A stretch of 64,000 bases of DNA from an uncultured Elusimicrobia bacterium (GCA_964508565.1 CAZDUB010000007.1:25681-89680); one strand, 5' to 3'; shown: positions 38,871 through 51,252, numbered from the stretch's first letter. Translations and numbers: made by a program. The notes: generated by a model not told the origin, from the letters alone.

Positions 38871-40187
38871 TTATGACAAAATTACTTTTCTTCTTGGTGT
38901 CCTACATATACCACGCTTTGAATTTTTTATAAAATCTAACATGTATTTAACTTCTTCAGAATAATTGTTTTCTTTCTCTATTTTTTCTATTGCTTCAGAT
39001 AATGGCAAATTTGACCTAAATAATTTTTTATATATTATCTTTATTTCTCTTATTTTTTCTTTACTAAATCCTTTCCTTCTTAAACCTATAACATTTACTC
39101 CCCAAAGCTCAGCTCTATCTCCAACAACCATTACAAATGGTGGAACATCTTTTGAAACCATTGCACCTCCACCTAACATAGCAAATTTACCAACTCTTAC
39201 AAATTGATGTATCGCAACTAAACCACCAATGTTTACACCATCTTCTACACATACATGTCCTGCGAGTGTCCCTCCATTAGCTATAGTAACATCATTACCA
39301 ACTCTACAATCGTGAGCGACATGAGAATATGCCATAAGATAACAATTGTTACCAATTGAAGTTAATTTTGTTACAGTCCCACGATTGATTGTAACAAATT
39401 CTCTTATTACACAGTTTTCTCCTATTATTACTTGTGTTTTTTCTCCTTTGTATTTTAAATCTTGTGGGAGTGTGCCTATGCATACATTATCAAATATTTT
39501 TGTATTCTTTCTAATCCAAGCATATTCTATAGTACAAAAACTTCCGATTTGTACATTCTCTTCTATTACAACATCAGGACCAATAATTGTGTATGGACCA
39601 ATTTTTGCTGTTGGATGAATTTTAGCAGTTGGATCAATAATCGCTGTGGGTGCTATGTTAGATGAACCTCCTTTATTAACATCTACTTCTTGCTGTTTAG
39701 TTTGCTGCTGATCAGATGACTCCTTCACATCAACTATAATAAACATAAATTCTGACTCAGCAACTATGTTGCTATTAACATAAGCTAAACCACGAACTTT
39801 ACCCGCTCTTTCTTTTGCTTTTAATACTTCTACTCTTAGTTCCAACAAGTCACCCGGACGTACTGGTTTTCTAAATTTTGTTTTATCTATAGACATAAAG
39901 TAAGCAAACTTTCCTCTTAAATCTGGTCTAAATAGATATAATACACACGCAGTTTGAGCCATTGATTCAACCACTAAAACGCCAGGCATTATTGGATTTC
40001 CTGGAAAATGGCCTTTAAAAAAATCTTCCTCTCCACTTACATATTTATATCCTACAGCTACTTTTTCTTTTTCCAATATTTCAACTTTATCTATTAACAA
40101 AAATGGTTCCCTATGTGGAATTACATTTTTTATACTTTCTTTATCTAAGACCAATTTTTCTTCTTTTTGGTTTACTTCGTTATTCAT
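38871..40187 (-). CDS. lpxA: Fusion protein: 3-hydroxyacyl-ACP dehydratase FabZ (N-terminal) and UDP-GlcNAc acyltransferase LpxA (C-terminal)
   Basis: 438 aa. FabZ motif HFPGNPIMPGVL in residues about 1-153. Q/S-rich linker SSDQQQTKQQEVDVNKGGSS (DNA about 39660-39728). LpxA hexapeptide domain with PQDLKYKGE, REFVTINRGT, SHVAHDC and GLRRKGFS. Confidence 0.85.
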   Translation of the reverse strand: MNNEVNQKEEKLVLDKESIKNVIPHREPFLLIDKVEILEKEKVAVGYKYVSGEEDFFKGHFPGNPIMPGVLVVESMAQTACVLYLFRPDLRGKFAYFMSIDKTKFRKPVRPGDLLELRVEVLKAKERAGKVRGLAYVNSNIVAESEFMFIIVDVKESSDQQQTKQQEVDVNKGGSSNIAPTAIIDPTAKIHPTAKIGPYTIIGPDVVIEENVQIGSFCTIEYAWIRKNTKIFDNVCIGTLPQDLKYKGEKTQVIIGENCVIREFVTINRGTVTKLTSIGNNCYLMAYSHVAHDCRVGNDVTIANGGTLAGHVCVEDGVNIGGLVAIHQFVRVGKFAMLGGGAMVSKDVPPFVMVVGDRAELWGVNVIGLRRKGFSKEKIREIKIIYKKLFRSNLPLSEAIEKIEKENNYSEEVKYMLDFIKNSKRGICRTPRRKVILS

Positions 40188-40207
40188 CTTTTCCTCCCCT
40201 ATTGAGC

Positions 40208-41038
40208 TTAATTGTTTATATAACTCATCAGTTGTCTACAAAATTCTATGTTTGTATAATGAGAAGGATTTTTTATTATAAATTTTGCTTTAAAATAAGT
40301 ATTACATAAAGATAAGTCTCCAAGAAAATCTAAAACCTTGTGCCTTACAAATTCATCTTTATTATATGTCAAAACATCAGGATTAAGTATATGATTCTTA
40401 TCAACTACTATCACATTTTCTAAACTTCCACCTAAACCATATCCCTTAGATTGTAATTTTTGCACCTCATCTAAATAACAAAATGTCTTAGCGTATGCAA
40501 TTTGTTTTGTGAAATTATCTATGTTAATTTCTATCTCTATATTTTGATTATTAATAATTTCTGATTTGTCAGTTGTCAAAGTACAATTTATTATAAACTT
40601 ATCTGAAGGAACAACTTCATATTTAGAATTATTGATTTCAAATTTAAAGCTATTTTTAATCTCTAAAAATTCAACTTCTTGTTCTATTTCTTTTAGACCA
40701 AATGAGAGAATTTTTTCTACAAACGCAGCTGCACTTCCATCCAAAGCAGGTATTTCTTTACCATCAACATATATGTCTATATTTTTTATAAACAAACAAT
40801 ATAAAACTGATAACAAATGTTCTACAGTTTGTATCTTAACACTATCTTTTCCCAATGTAGTAGATCTATTGGTATCAACAACATTTATCAAATTAGACTG
40901 AATTTTAGTGCCGTTAACTATAAAATTGATAATATTTGGCTCATTAGAAGGTTTTAAAACTGCTCTTGAGTGAACTCCTGTATGTAAACCTTTACTTTCA
41001 AATTCTATTTCTTTTGCAATAACTCTATATTTCATCAA
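40208..41038 (-). CDS. lpxC: UDP-3-O-acyl-GlcNAc deacetylase
   Basis: 276 aa with TVEHLLSVL, IPALDGSAAAF and HKVLDFLGDL motifs. Confidence 0.9.
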   Translation of the reverse strand: MMKYRVIAKEIEFESKGLHTGVHSRAVLKPSNEPNIINFIVNGTKIQSNLINVVDTNRSTTLGKDSVKIQTVEHLLSVLYCLFIKNIDIYVDGKEIPALDGSAAAFVEKILSFGLKEIEQEVEFLEIKNSFKFEINNSKYEVVPSDKFIINCTLTTDKSEIINNQNIEIEINIDNFTKQIAYAKTFCYLDEVQKLQSKGYGLGGSLENVIVVDKNHILNPDVLTYNKDEFVRHKVLDFLGDLSLCNTYFKAKFIIKNPSHYTNIEFCRQLMSYINN

Positions 41039-41042
41039 AAAT

Positions 41043-41753
41043 TTACTTAAATTTTTTTATAACTTCCTGGGTTATATCAATATTTGCTTCTCCATAGATA
41101 ATACCAGATTTATCTATCACTATGTTTAAACCATGCTGTTTGGCTACCTGCTGAATTATCTTATATAAATCCGCATATATATTAGTTTCCGCTTTGTCTT
41201 TCATTTTTTGTACTTCAGTATCTATCTCTCTTTTTTTGTTTTCCAATTGTTGCTTTTTTGAAACTAAAGTTTCTTCTATCCGTTTGAGATTATTTTCTTT
41301 TGTTTGTATGGCTGAATTTATCTGTTCTATTTGTAAATTTTGGTTATTTTGCACGGAATGCGTAGAAATTTGGATAGATGATATCACTACGTTATAAGAG
41401 CTTATTTCAACCTTATTAGTATCAGATGAAACTGAGGTTATAAGAGTGCTTGATAACTGATTAAGCTGTGTTTTTAGTTGTTCTAATTCTGTTGTAAGAG
41501 ATATTTTCTGTTTTATTAAATCATCAATTTCTTTTTCTAAATTTGTAACTTCAGAAAGTTTATTTTGTCTAAACAATTCTATCTCTTGACGAAGTTTTTG
41601 TGCATTAGGATACTCTGAAATAACCTGGTTCATATCTACAACACCAACACGAATTACCGTAAAATCTTGCACAGGAATTTCTAAACAAAAAATAAATGAT
41701 CTTGATATACCTACCACCAATAGAATAAATAAAAATTTAAATAATTTATTCAT
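41043..41753 (-). CDS. OmpH/Skp-like periplasmic chaperone with an extended coiled-coil insert
   Basis: 236 aa. Signal peptide, Q/E/K-rich coiled coil, position immediately after bamA. Confidence 0.7.
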   Translation of the reverse strand: MNKLFKFLFILLVVGISRSFIFCLEIPVQDFTVIRVGVVDMNQVISEYPNAQKLRQEIELFRQNKLSEVTNLEKEIDDLIKQKISLTTELEQLKTQLNQLSSTLITSVSSDTNKVEISSYNVVISSIQISTHSVQNNQNLQIEQINSAIQTKENNLKRIEETLVSKKQQLENKKREIDTEVQKMKDKAETNIYADLYKIIQQVAKQHGLNIVIDKSGIIYGEANIDITQEVIKKFK

Positions 41754-41765
41754 TTATTAATAAAT

Positions 41766-44036
41766 TTAAAACATTTGGCCTAAAGTAAACCAAAATTGGA
41801 GTGGATCTGTACCCTTTTGTGGATTCAACGCCCATGCCCAATCAAGACGAATTGGAAAAACTGGTGTAGTAAACCTTATCCCTATCCCAACGGAATGTTT
41901 TAATCTATTATCCCAAAGTCCTTGTTCTTGCCATTCTTTTGTAGCACCTATTTGGAAGTTCATATCTTTGAACTCATTCCAACACCCACCTACATCATAA
42001 AAAATTGCTCCCTGTAAAACTGTCCTATTATTTTCCTGCACAATTGGGAATTTATATTCAGTGTTAAACACAAACATTACTCTTCCGCCATTTTCAGGAG
42101 CTAGCATTCTATATCCATACCCACGAACTGTCTCTGCACCACCTACATAAAATTTTTCATATTTAACAGTATTTAAATCAAATCCTTCTATTCCTTCAAT
42201 ATATCCTAAAGTAGTATTAAAAGATAGTACAAATTTCCAAAAAGTTGGTATAAATATAGACGAGCGCAATATAGGTTTATAATATTTCACATCTCCAGAC
42301 AAGATTCCCCAACCTGCAATTTGTAAAGATAAAGAATGCCGCATTCCTCTGGATGCATCAAAGATATTATCTCGTGTGTCATATGCAATTTGTGTACCAA
42401 AACTTGAAGTGAGTTTTTTACCATTTGGGATATCTTCAGGAAATTTGCTGTCAAAAATTATAACATTTTCATAAGAATAAGAAAATAATAAACTAAAAAC
42501 ATCAGACAATCTTGGGCCTAACCTAAATTCAAGACCTTGCCTTTCTTCTTTATAAGCACTTGTATCGTTAGAATATTCTCTTATACGAGTTAAATCATAT
42601 AAAGAAACACCAAAAGACATCGGCTTGTTGAGCAACCATGGTTCAGTCCATGAAATTTCGTAGTTTTTTCTTCTTTCTCCGAATTCCCACAAAAGATTTA
42701 ATCTCTGTGCTCTTCCAAAAAGGTTAAGATGCGATACTTGTAGATTTCCTACTAATTTATCTACTGTTGAATAACCAGCACCGGCAGACAGCATTCCAGG
42801 TCTTCCTTCAACTGCTGTTACTACTATATCAACTGCATCAGGACGCCCACCCGGTTGAATGTCAACTTTTACATCGTCAAAAAATCCAAGATTATAAATC
42901 TTTTCTAAACTTCTTCTTAATTTTTTACTATTAAAAATTTCTCCTTCTTTTAACAATATCTCTCTTCTTACAACATTCTCCTTTGTAGACTGTAACCCCT
43001 CTATCCATATTCTATCTACATATATTTGTTCATTTTCTTCAATAACAAAGCATATAGATATAGTATTGTTTTTTTCGTCTTTTGAAATATCAGGAGTGAC
43101 ATTTAGTTTTAAATATCCTTTTTCTGCATAAAGTTCTGCGATAGCTTGGATAGATGAGTTAACTTCTGATTGTTTAAAAACTCTTCCTGGTTTGATTGTA
43201 ATAACTTTAAATAATTGTTTTTCTGAATAAACTGAATTATTTTTTAAAGTTACTTGTTTTACTTTATATTTGATGCCTTCTTCTATACGAATTGAAATTT
43301 TCACTTTCTCTTCATCAACCTGTTCTATCACAGGAGAAGATATCTGTACATCGTAAAAACCAGCATCCTTATAAGCATTTATAACTTTTTGAATATCAGA
43401 ATTTAGCTTGCTTTCTCTAAAAACTTTTTTTCTTTTTGTTTCCATTAAAGAAAGAATTTTTCTTTTAGAAAAATTTTTATTTCCATAAATATCTATTTTA
43501 TCTACAATTACTTTTTTGCCTTCATTTATAAGAAATATTATAGTAATCACATTTTTCTCTTCATTTAGAATTTGCTGTACATCTACTACTGTATAGATAT
43601 ATCCTTTTTCATCATAAAGTTCTAAGATTTTGTTTTTACTTTCATTAAGTTTTTCAGAAACAAAATACTGTTTTTCTTTCAAAGGTATCTCTGATTTGAT
43701 TTTTCCTGTTGAAACTTTTGTGTTACCACGAACTTCAATTTTCTTAATCAGAGGTCTTTCTTCAAATTTAAATATAAGCTTTTTTGTAGCAGTATCAAAT
43801 TCTACTTCAACATTATCAAAATATTCTGTAGCTAACAACTCTTGAACATCAGCACTAATGTTTTCTTGTACGAAAAAACTACCTTTTTTTGTTTTAATCT
43901 TTGATTTTATTTCTGAAGGTTTAACATTTATTAATCCAACAAATTCTATATCAGAAATTTTCTGAGTATAAGAACTCAATATACATACTAAATTAAAAAC
44001 TATAAAATTTAGCAAAAATATATTTCTTATTTTCAT
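41766..44036 (-). CDS. bamA: Outer membrane protein assembly factor BamA
   Basis: 756 aa. Signal peptide, repeated POTRA-like modules, and a C-terminal Omp85 barrel ending LQFWFTLGQMF. Confidence 0.9.
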   Translation of the reverse strand: MKIRNIFLLNFIVFNLVCILSSYTQKISDIEFVGLINVKPSEIKSKIKTKKGSFFVQENISADVQELLATEYFDNVEVEFDTATKKLIFKFEERPLIKKIEVRGNTKVSTGKIKSEIPLKEKQYFVSEKLNESKNKILELYDEKGYIYTVVDVQQILNEEKNVITIIFLINEGKKVIVDKIDIYGNKNFSKRKILSLMETKRKKVFRESKLNSDIQKVINAYKDAGFYDVQISSPVIEQVDEEKVKISIRIEEGIKYKVKQVTLKNNSVYSEKQLFKVITIKPGRVFKQSEVNSSIQAIAELYAEKGYLKLNVTPDISKDEKNNTISICFVIEENEQIYVDRIWIEGLQSTKENVVRREILLKEGEIFNSKKLRRSLEKIYNLGFFDDVKVDIQPGGRPDAVDIVVTAVEGRPGMLSAGAGYSTVDKLVGNLQVSHLNLFGRAQRLNLLWEFGERRKNYEISWTEPWLLNKPMSFGVSLYDLTRIREYSNDTSAYKEERQGLEFRLGPRLSDVFSLLFSYSYENVIIFDSKFPEDIPNGKKLTSSFGTQIAYDTRDNIFDASRGMRHSLSLQIAGWGILSGDVKYYKPILRSSIFIPTFWKFVLSFNTTLGYIEGIEGFDLNTVKYEKFYVGGAETVRGYGYRMLAPENGGRVMFVFNTEYKFPIVQENNRTVLQGAIFYDVGGCWNEFKDMNFQIGATKEWQEQGLWDNRLKHSVGIGIRFTTPVFPIRLDWAWALNPQKGTDPLQFWFTLGQMF

Positions 44037-44109
44037 AATTTTATGAAATTACAAAATTTAGAAAAGAAATACAATAAGGAAAAATAAAAAATTAAAAAGA
44101 AAAGTATAC

Positions 44110-44182
44110 TGGGCGCGGAGGGATTCGAACCCCCGACCAACGGATTATGAGTCCGCCGCTCTGCCAGCTGAGCTACGCGCCC
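44110..44182 (-). tRNA. tRNA with CAU anticodon (elongator Met, or Ile2 if lysidine-modified)
   Basis: The reverse complement GGGCGCGTAGCTCAGCTGGCAGAGCGGCGGACTCATAATCCGTTGGTCGGGGGTTCGAATCCCTCCGCGCCCA folds as a cloverleaf. G1-C72 is paired and the anticodon stem has no GGG/CCC, so it is not an initiator. Confidence 0.9.
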
Positions 44183-44209
44183 AAACATTAGAACTCATTT
44201 TGATGTAAT

Positions 44210-44237
44210 AAATATAAACTATTTTTAAAAATGTCAA
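44210..44237 (-). promoter_or_regulatory. Candidate promoter for tRNA(CAU)
   Basis: On the minus strand, TTGACA (44237-44232), a 15-nt spacer, then TATATT, about 30 nt upstream of the tRNA 5' end. Confidence 0.3.
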
Positions 44238-44253
44238 TGGTTAAACTAAATTT

Positions 44254-45657
44254 TTATTCTTTAGTACGAATTGTTTTTATCCACTGTACGGGCTGGTGTG
44301 AAAAAAAAGAAATTAAAAATCCATATGTGTAAGGAATAGTTCCTAATGTAGCTGCTATTGGAACTAACAAGAGGTTTAAATACTCTTTTACCAATGAGTG
44401 ATTTGAGTATTTTTTAATGTTTAATTTTTTTATAGTATATGTGAAATAAAAAAACAAAAATAATATATAAGCAAAATTCATAAATATTACAAGCGCTTTA
44501 ACACCTGGTGGAACAAAAGAAAAAACTAAATGCGTTAACCCTAATATCGATAGAAGTAAAATTCCCATACTTAAAATTGATAAAATTTGAGCAGAAAACC
44601 ATGGCAGTATACCATAAAAAATAAGCATAGAAAATAATAAAAATCTTTTATATAAAAACTTATTGGAAGTAAGCATACTTTTTATAACTTGCACATAACC
44701 AGAGGCCCAACGAACTCGTTGATGAAAATACGCTTTGTAATTAGGCGGAGTTTGTTCTGTAGCAATATAGGGCATAAATTCAGGCCATACATTTGTTGTT
44801 TCTATATACAATCTACATCCTAACTCCAAATCTTCAGAAAGAGCACTGCATTTGAAACCTTGTACTTTGTAGAGTAAATCTGGTTCTATAAAAAAATTGG
44901 TACCTCCAATAAACGGTAAATGTGTTAACAATATAGGCAAGTACCATTCATGAGTAATTGCCTGAGCTAACGCATAAATTTTGTTTAACGGCTTTAAATT
45001 AAAATAATTTCTAACTTGTACTACAGGACCTTGTAGTAAAATCTTATCATTCTCAGATTTTGTCAAATACTTATAGGCTACATACAACAATGTATTTACA
45101 TCTGGATGAGAATCTGAATCATAAAAACCCAAGATATCAGTTTCTTCCGGTATAAACTTAAGGGCCCAGTTTAAAGCGCGCGGTTTAGTAGAATTTACAG
45201 GTTTGTTCAAAACAATTCCATTATAATTACCATCAAACCCTACTGGCACAGATACATACTTTATAATTTCTAAATTATAAAGTTTATTGTAGTAGTTTTT
45301 TTTCTGTTCTACTACACAATGGGTTGTTTCATCATAAGGTTTTATTAAAAGTTCTTTATCATCTAATACTAAAAGTAAATGTAATTTCTCTTTTGGATAA
45401 TTTAACGACATAAATCTATCAATAGTTGAAGCTATTATTTCATTTTCATCTTTTGCAGGAATAATTATAGTTATAGTTGGGATCTCTTTATTCTTTTGAA
45501 GAGCTAAATTTTTTAACCACTCTATGTTTAAATTAAGATGTTTTTTCTCTTTAAAATAATAATAGTATGCTAACAACCCATATATCACAAATTGTAAAAA
45601 AAAGAAAATTAAAACACCGTTAGTTATTATAAGTATCTTAACTATTATGTCTAACAT
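44254..45657 (-). CDS. Processive GT2-family polysaccharide synthase-like membrane glycosyltransferase (QxxRW type)
   Basis: Start trimmed to ATG 45655-45657 (MLDIIVK...), because the track ORF's first 63 codons are tmRNA sequence. Motifs IIIPAKDENE, VLDDKE, YDSDSHP, SEDLELG and QRVRWASG. Two N-terminal and about 4 C-terminal TM helices. No PilZ domain. Confidence 0.8.
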   Translation of the reverse strand: MLDIIVKILIITNGVLIFFFLQFVIYGLLAYYYYFKEKKHLNLNIEWLKNLALQKNKEIPTITIIIPAKDENEIIASTIDRFMSLNYPKEKLHLLLVLDDKELLIKPYDETTHCVVEQKKNYYNKLYNLEIIKYVSVPVGFDGNYNGIVLNKPVNSTKPRALNWALKFIPEETDILGFYDSDSHPDVNTLLYVAYKYLTKSENDKILLQGPVVQVRNYFNLKPLNKIYALAQAITHEWYLPILLTHLPFIGGTNFFIEPDLLYKVQGFKCSALSEDLELGCRLYIETTNVWPEFMPYIATEQTPPNYKAYFHQRVRWASGYVQVIKSMLTSNKFLYKRFLLFSMLIFYGILPWFSAQILSILSMGILLLSILGLTHLVFSFVPPGVKALVIFMNFAYILFLFFYFTYTIKKLNIKKYSNHSLVKEYLNLLLVPIAATLGTIPYTYGFLISFFSHQPVQWIKTIRTKE

Positions 45658-45674
45658 AAGCAAACTAAATACAA

Positions 45675-46041
45675 TGGAGGTGGCGGGAATCGAACCCGCG
45701 TCCAGGAAGTCAATATCTACTACTTCTACAAGCTTAGCCTCACTTATCGTGGTGAGGCACACGCAACAGGTATAGTTTTCGGTGATAGGTGGCCCCTGTT
45801 GTGGCTCTATCACCATACCTCTTTTTAGTTTCTTTAGTATAACCAAGAGGAGGTTATACTAAATAGCCTGTGCCCTTCATCCCACAACTACAGGCATCGT
45901 TGTGGGATATAGCTGCTTAATTATGCAGCATATGCATAAGTGTTTGCACTTATGTTTTAGCCGATTTTTATAGTGGCCCTTCGGCTAACCACTGCTTGCG
46001 TAGTAGATATTGTTACTTCCTGTCGAGCCCAAATCACCCCC
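45675..46041 (-). ncRNA. ssrA: tmRNA (ssrA)
   Basis: 5' GGGGGTGATTTGGGCTCGACAGG. 3' GGACGCGGGTTCGATTCCCGCCACCTCCA with T-arm GCGGG/CCCGC. Acceptor pairing includes a G3:U wobble. Internal tag ORF GCA AAC ACT TAT GCA TAT GCT GCA TAA (45947 down to 45921). CCA is not encoded. Confidence 0.9.
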
Positions 46042-46056
46042 ATACTATTTCAAATA

Positions 46057-46515
46057 CTATTCGTTTCTTAACTTTTGAAAAAACTTTTTTAGTAGTTTTT
46101 CAGATTTTTCTTTTAATACTCCAGAAGTTACTTCTATTTGGTGGTTTAATTTATTATTATTTACAATATTTAAAACGCTTTTGCAAGCACCAGCTTTAGG
46201 ATCATCTGTAGCGTAAACTAAACGTTTTATCCTAGCATATACCATTGCTCCAGCACACATAGGACACGGTTCAAGAGTAGTATATAAGGTACATTCATTT
46301 AATCTATAATTTTTCAGTTTTTTAGCTGCTTTTCTTAAAGCAAGTATTTCTGCATGTGCAGTAGGATCTTTAAGTGTGATATTTAAATTGTGAGCCTTTG
46401 ATACTATCTGTTCATTTAATGCAACTACAGCTCCAACTGGTATTTCATTTTTTTTATAAGCACAGCGAGCTTCTTTTAGAGCAATAAGCATAAACTTTTT
46501 ATCAATATTTTTCAT
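46057..46515 (-). CDS. tadA: tRNA-specific adenosine deaminase
   Basis: 152 aa with HAEILAL and PCPMCAGA zinc motifs. Confidence 0.85.
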   Translation of the reverse strand: MKNIDKKFMLIALKEARCAYKKNEIPVGAVVALNEQIVSKAHNLNITLKDPTAHAEILALRKAAKKLKNYRLNECTLYTTLEPCPMCAGAMVYARIKRLVYATDDPKAGACKSVLNIVNNNKLNHQIEVTSGVLKEKSEKLLKKFFQKLRNE

Positions 46516-46536
46516 TTATTTTAGATAAGAAAAAAC

Positions 46537-47226
46537 TTAATTTTCTATGATTTTACCATCTTTTAAATAAATTATTCTATCTCCATATTTAATAATTTCT
46601 GTATTATGAGTAGCTACTACAAATGTGATATCAAATTGTTCTATTAAACTCCTAATTAACAAAATAACATTTTTAGCATTTTCATAATCTAGATTTCCTG
46701 TAGGTTCGTCTGCAACTACAAGTTTTGGCTTATTTACTAAAGCTCGTGCCAAAGCTACTCTTTGTTGTTCTCCACCTGACAATTCATATGGAAAACGGTC
46801 AAGCAGATGTTCTATTTTTAGGATTTGTAAGTAATTTTTTATATAATCATCTATTTGAAATACACATTTATTATTTTTAGCCCAAAATGGTAACAAAATG
46901 TTGTCTCTTACATTTAAATGTTCCATTAAATAATGATATTGAAAAACAAAACCAATGTTTTTTAATCTTATATCACATAAATTATTTTTTTCAAATATAA
47001 TTTTGTTGTTTAAAAAATATACATCACCTTTATCCGGTCTATCCATTAAACCAAGTATATGCAGCAAAGTTGATTTGCCAACTCCAGAAGGTCCACATAT
47101 AAAAAAAAGTTTTTTTTCTTCAACATCTAAGTTTATGTCTTTTAGCACCCAATCAGTGCTTGTTTTGTATTTTTTAAATATATTTTTTACAGAAACTATA
47201 TATGATTTCATATTTTTATCATCCAT
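46537..47226 (-). CDS. lolD: Lipoprotein-releasing system ATP-binding protein (LolD-like)
   Basis: 229 aa with [24 protein letters not shown] and LVVADEPT. Overlaps the LolC/E-like permease. Confidence 0.75.
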   Translation of the reverse strand: MDDKNMKSYIVSVKNIFKKYKTSTDWVLKDINLDVEEKKLFFICGPSGVGKSTLLHILGLMDRPDKGDVYFLNNKIIFEKNNLCDIRLKNIGFVFQYHYLMEHLNVRDNILLPFWAKNNKCVFQIDDYIKNYLQILKIEHLLDRFPYELSGGEQQRVALARALVNKPKLVVADEPTGNLDYENAKNVILLIRSLIEQFDITFVVATHNTEIIKYGDRIIYLKDGKIIEN

Positions 47227-48427
47227 ATCTAATAATTTCTACAGGATCAAATTGAGAAATTTTATAAGCAGGATAAATTGAAGCGATTATTCCTACAACT
47301 ACAGTGATAGATAGAGTCAAAATGATATCTAATGGAGAAAAATATACAGGAATTTTATCAATATAATATACCTCTTTTGGTAACTTAACAAACTGATACT
47401 CTTTAATCAAAAATCCTAAAAAAAATCCTAAAACACTTCCTAAAATTATTCCTGAGATGTTTATTATCATTCCTTGTAAAAAGAAGATTTTTCTTATCAC
47501 AGATTTATCTATGCCTATAGCCATCATTATCCCTATGTCTTTACTTTTTTGTACCCCTTTAAGTAACAAATTTGACATGATTATAAAACATGCAACAATT
47601 ATTATTAAACTGACAACTATTATCATCATTATTTTTTCTAACTTTAATGCAGAAAATAAATTATAATTTAGCTGAATCCAAGATAATACCTTAGTAAATG
47701 GGGGTAAATCTTGTTTTAACTTATTAACTATAAACTCCATTTTATCTTCATTTTTGATTTTTATTCCCCATCCTTTTATTCCATTAAACTGTTTGGTTTT
47801 TGGGTCTAAGAATATTTTTGATGCTAATTCATAATCTATTAAACATAAATTGTTGTCATATTCATAAATACCACTGCATATTATACCTTTCACAAAAAAC
47901 TTTTCTGTTAAGGGTAAATTACCAAAAGGCGTTTGTATTTGTGTTGGTAAAATCATTGTTATCTCTTCGTTTCCAACAACACCTAAATTTTTAGCAAGCT
48001 CTTTACCTATTATTATTGCATTTTTATTTAATTCTTTCTTATCATACCATTTTATTACTCTATCAATATCCACAATTGTTTTTTCTGTTTCATAATTTAT
48101 TCCTTTAACAACTGCTGTATAAACTCTATCATTAAACTTTAGGATTACCTGGCTATATACAAAAGGAGAAAATGAAATAATTTCTTTTTCGTTTTCAAAA
48201 ACATTTTTATCTATATCATTATGACTAGTAATGATAATATGTGGATATATCTCGTTTAATCTGCGCTTTATTTCTTTATGAAATCCTGTCATAATTCCTA
48301 AAGTCACAATCAAAGTACAAACACCTATTCCTATACCAAGTATAGATATAATTAAAGAAAGATAGGAAAAAAATTTGTCTTTTTGTGGTTTTAAATATTT
48401 TAGTGCAAGATATGAATAATATTTCAT
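47219..48427 (-). CDS. LolC/LolE-family lipoprotein-releasing permease (FtsX/MacB-type)
   Basis: 402 aa. TM1, a large periplasmic domain, and a three-TM FtsX domain. Confidence 0.75.
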   Translation of the reverse strand: MKYYSYLALKYLKPQKDKFFSYLSLIISILGIGIGVCTLIVTLGIMTGFHKEIKRRLNEIYPHIIITSHNDIDKNVFENEKEIISFSPFVYSQVILKFNDRVYTAVVKGINYETEKTIVDIDRVIKWYDKKELNKNAIIIGKELAKNLGVVGNEEITMILPTQIQTPFGNLPLTEKFFVKGIICSGIYEYDNNLCLIDYELASKIFLDPKTKQFNGIKGWGIKIKNEDKMEFIVNKLKQDLPPFTKVLSWIQLNYNLFSALKLEKIMMIIVVSLIIIVACFIIMSNLLLKGVQKSKDIGIMMAIGIDKSVIRKIFFLQGMIINISGIILGSVLGFFLGFLIKEYQFVKLPKEVYYIDKIPVYFSPLDIILTLSITVVVGIIASIYPAYKISQFDPVEIIRYG

Positions 48428-48443
48428 AAAAATTAAAGATTGT

Positions 48444-51232
<2,789 letters not shown>

Positions 51233-51252
51233 TTACACTTTTGTCCTTTCTA

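Noticed and set aside
45658-45846. N-terminal 63 codons of the 530-aa track ORF (MVILKKLKRGMVIEPQQGPP...DAGSIPATSIV)
   Set aside because: This stretch is the 3' half of the tmRNA read as protein; GGACGCGGGTTCGATTCCCGCC translates to LDAGSIPA. The real CDS most plausibly starts at ATG 45655-45657.
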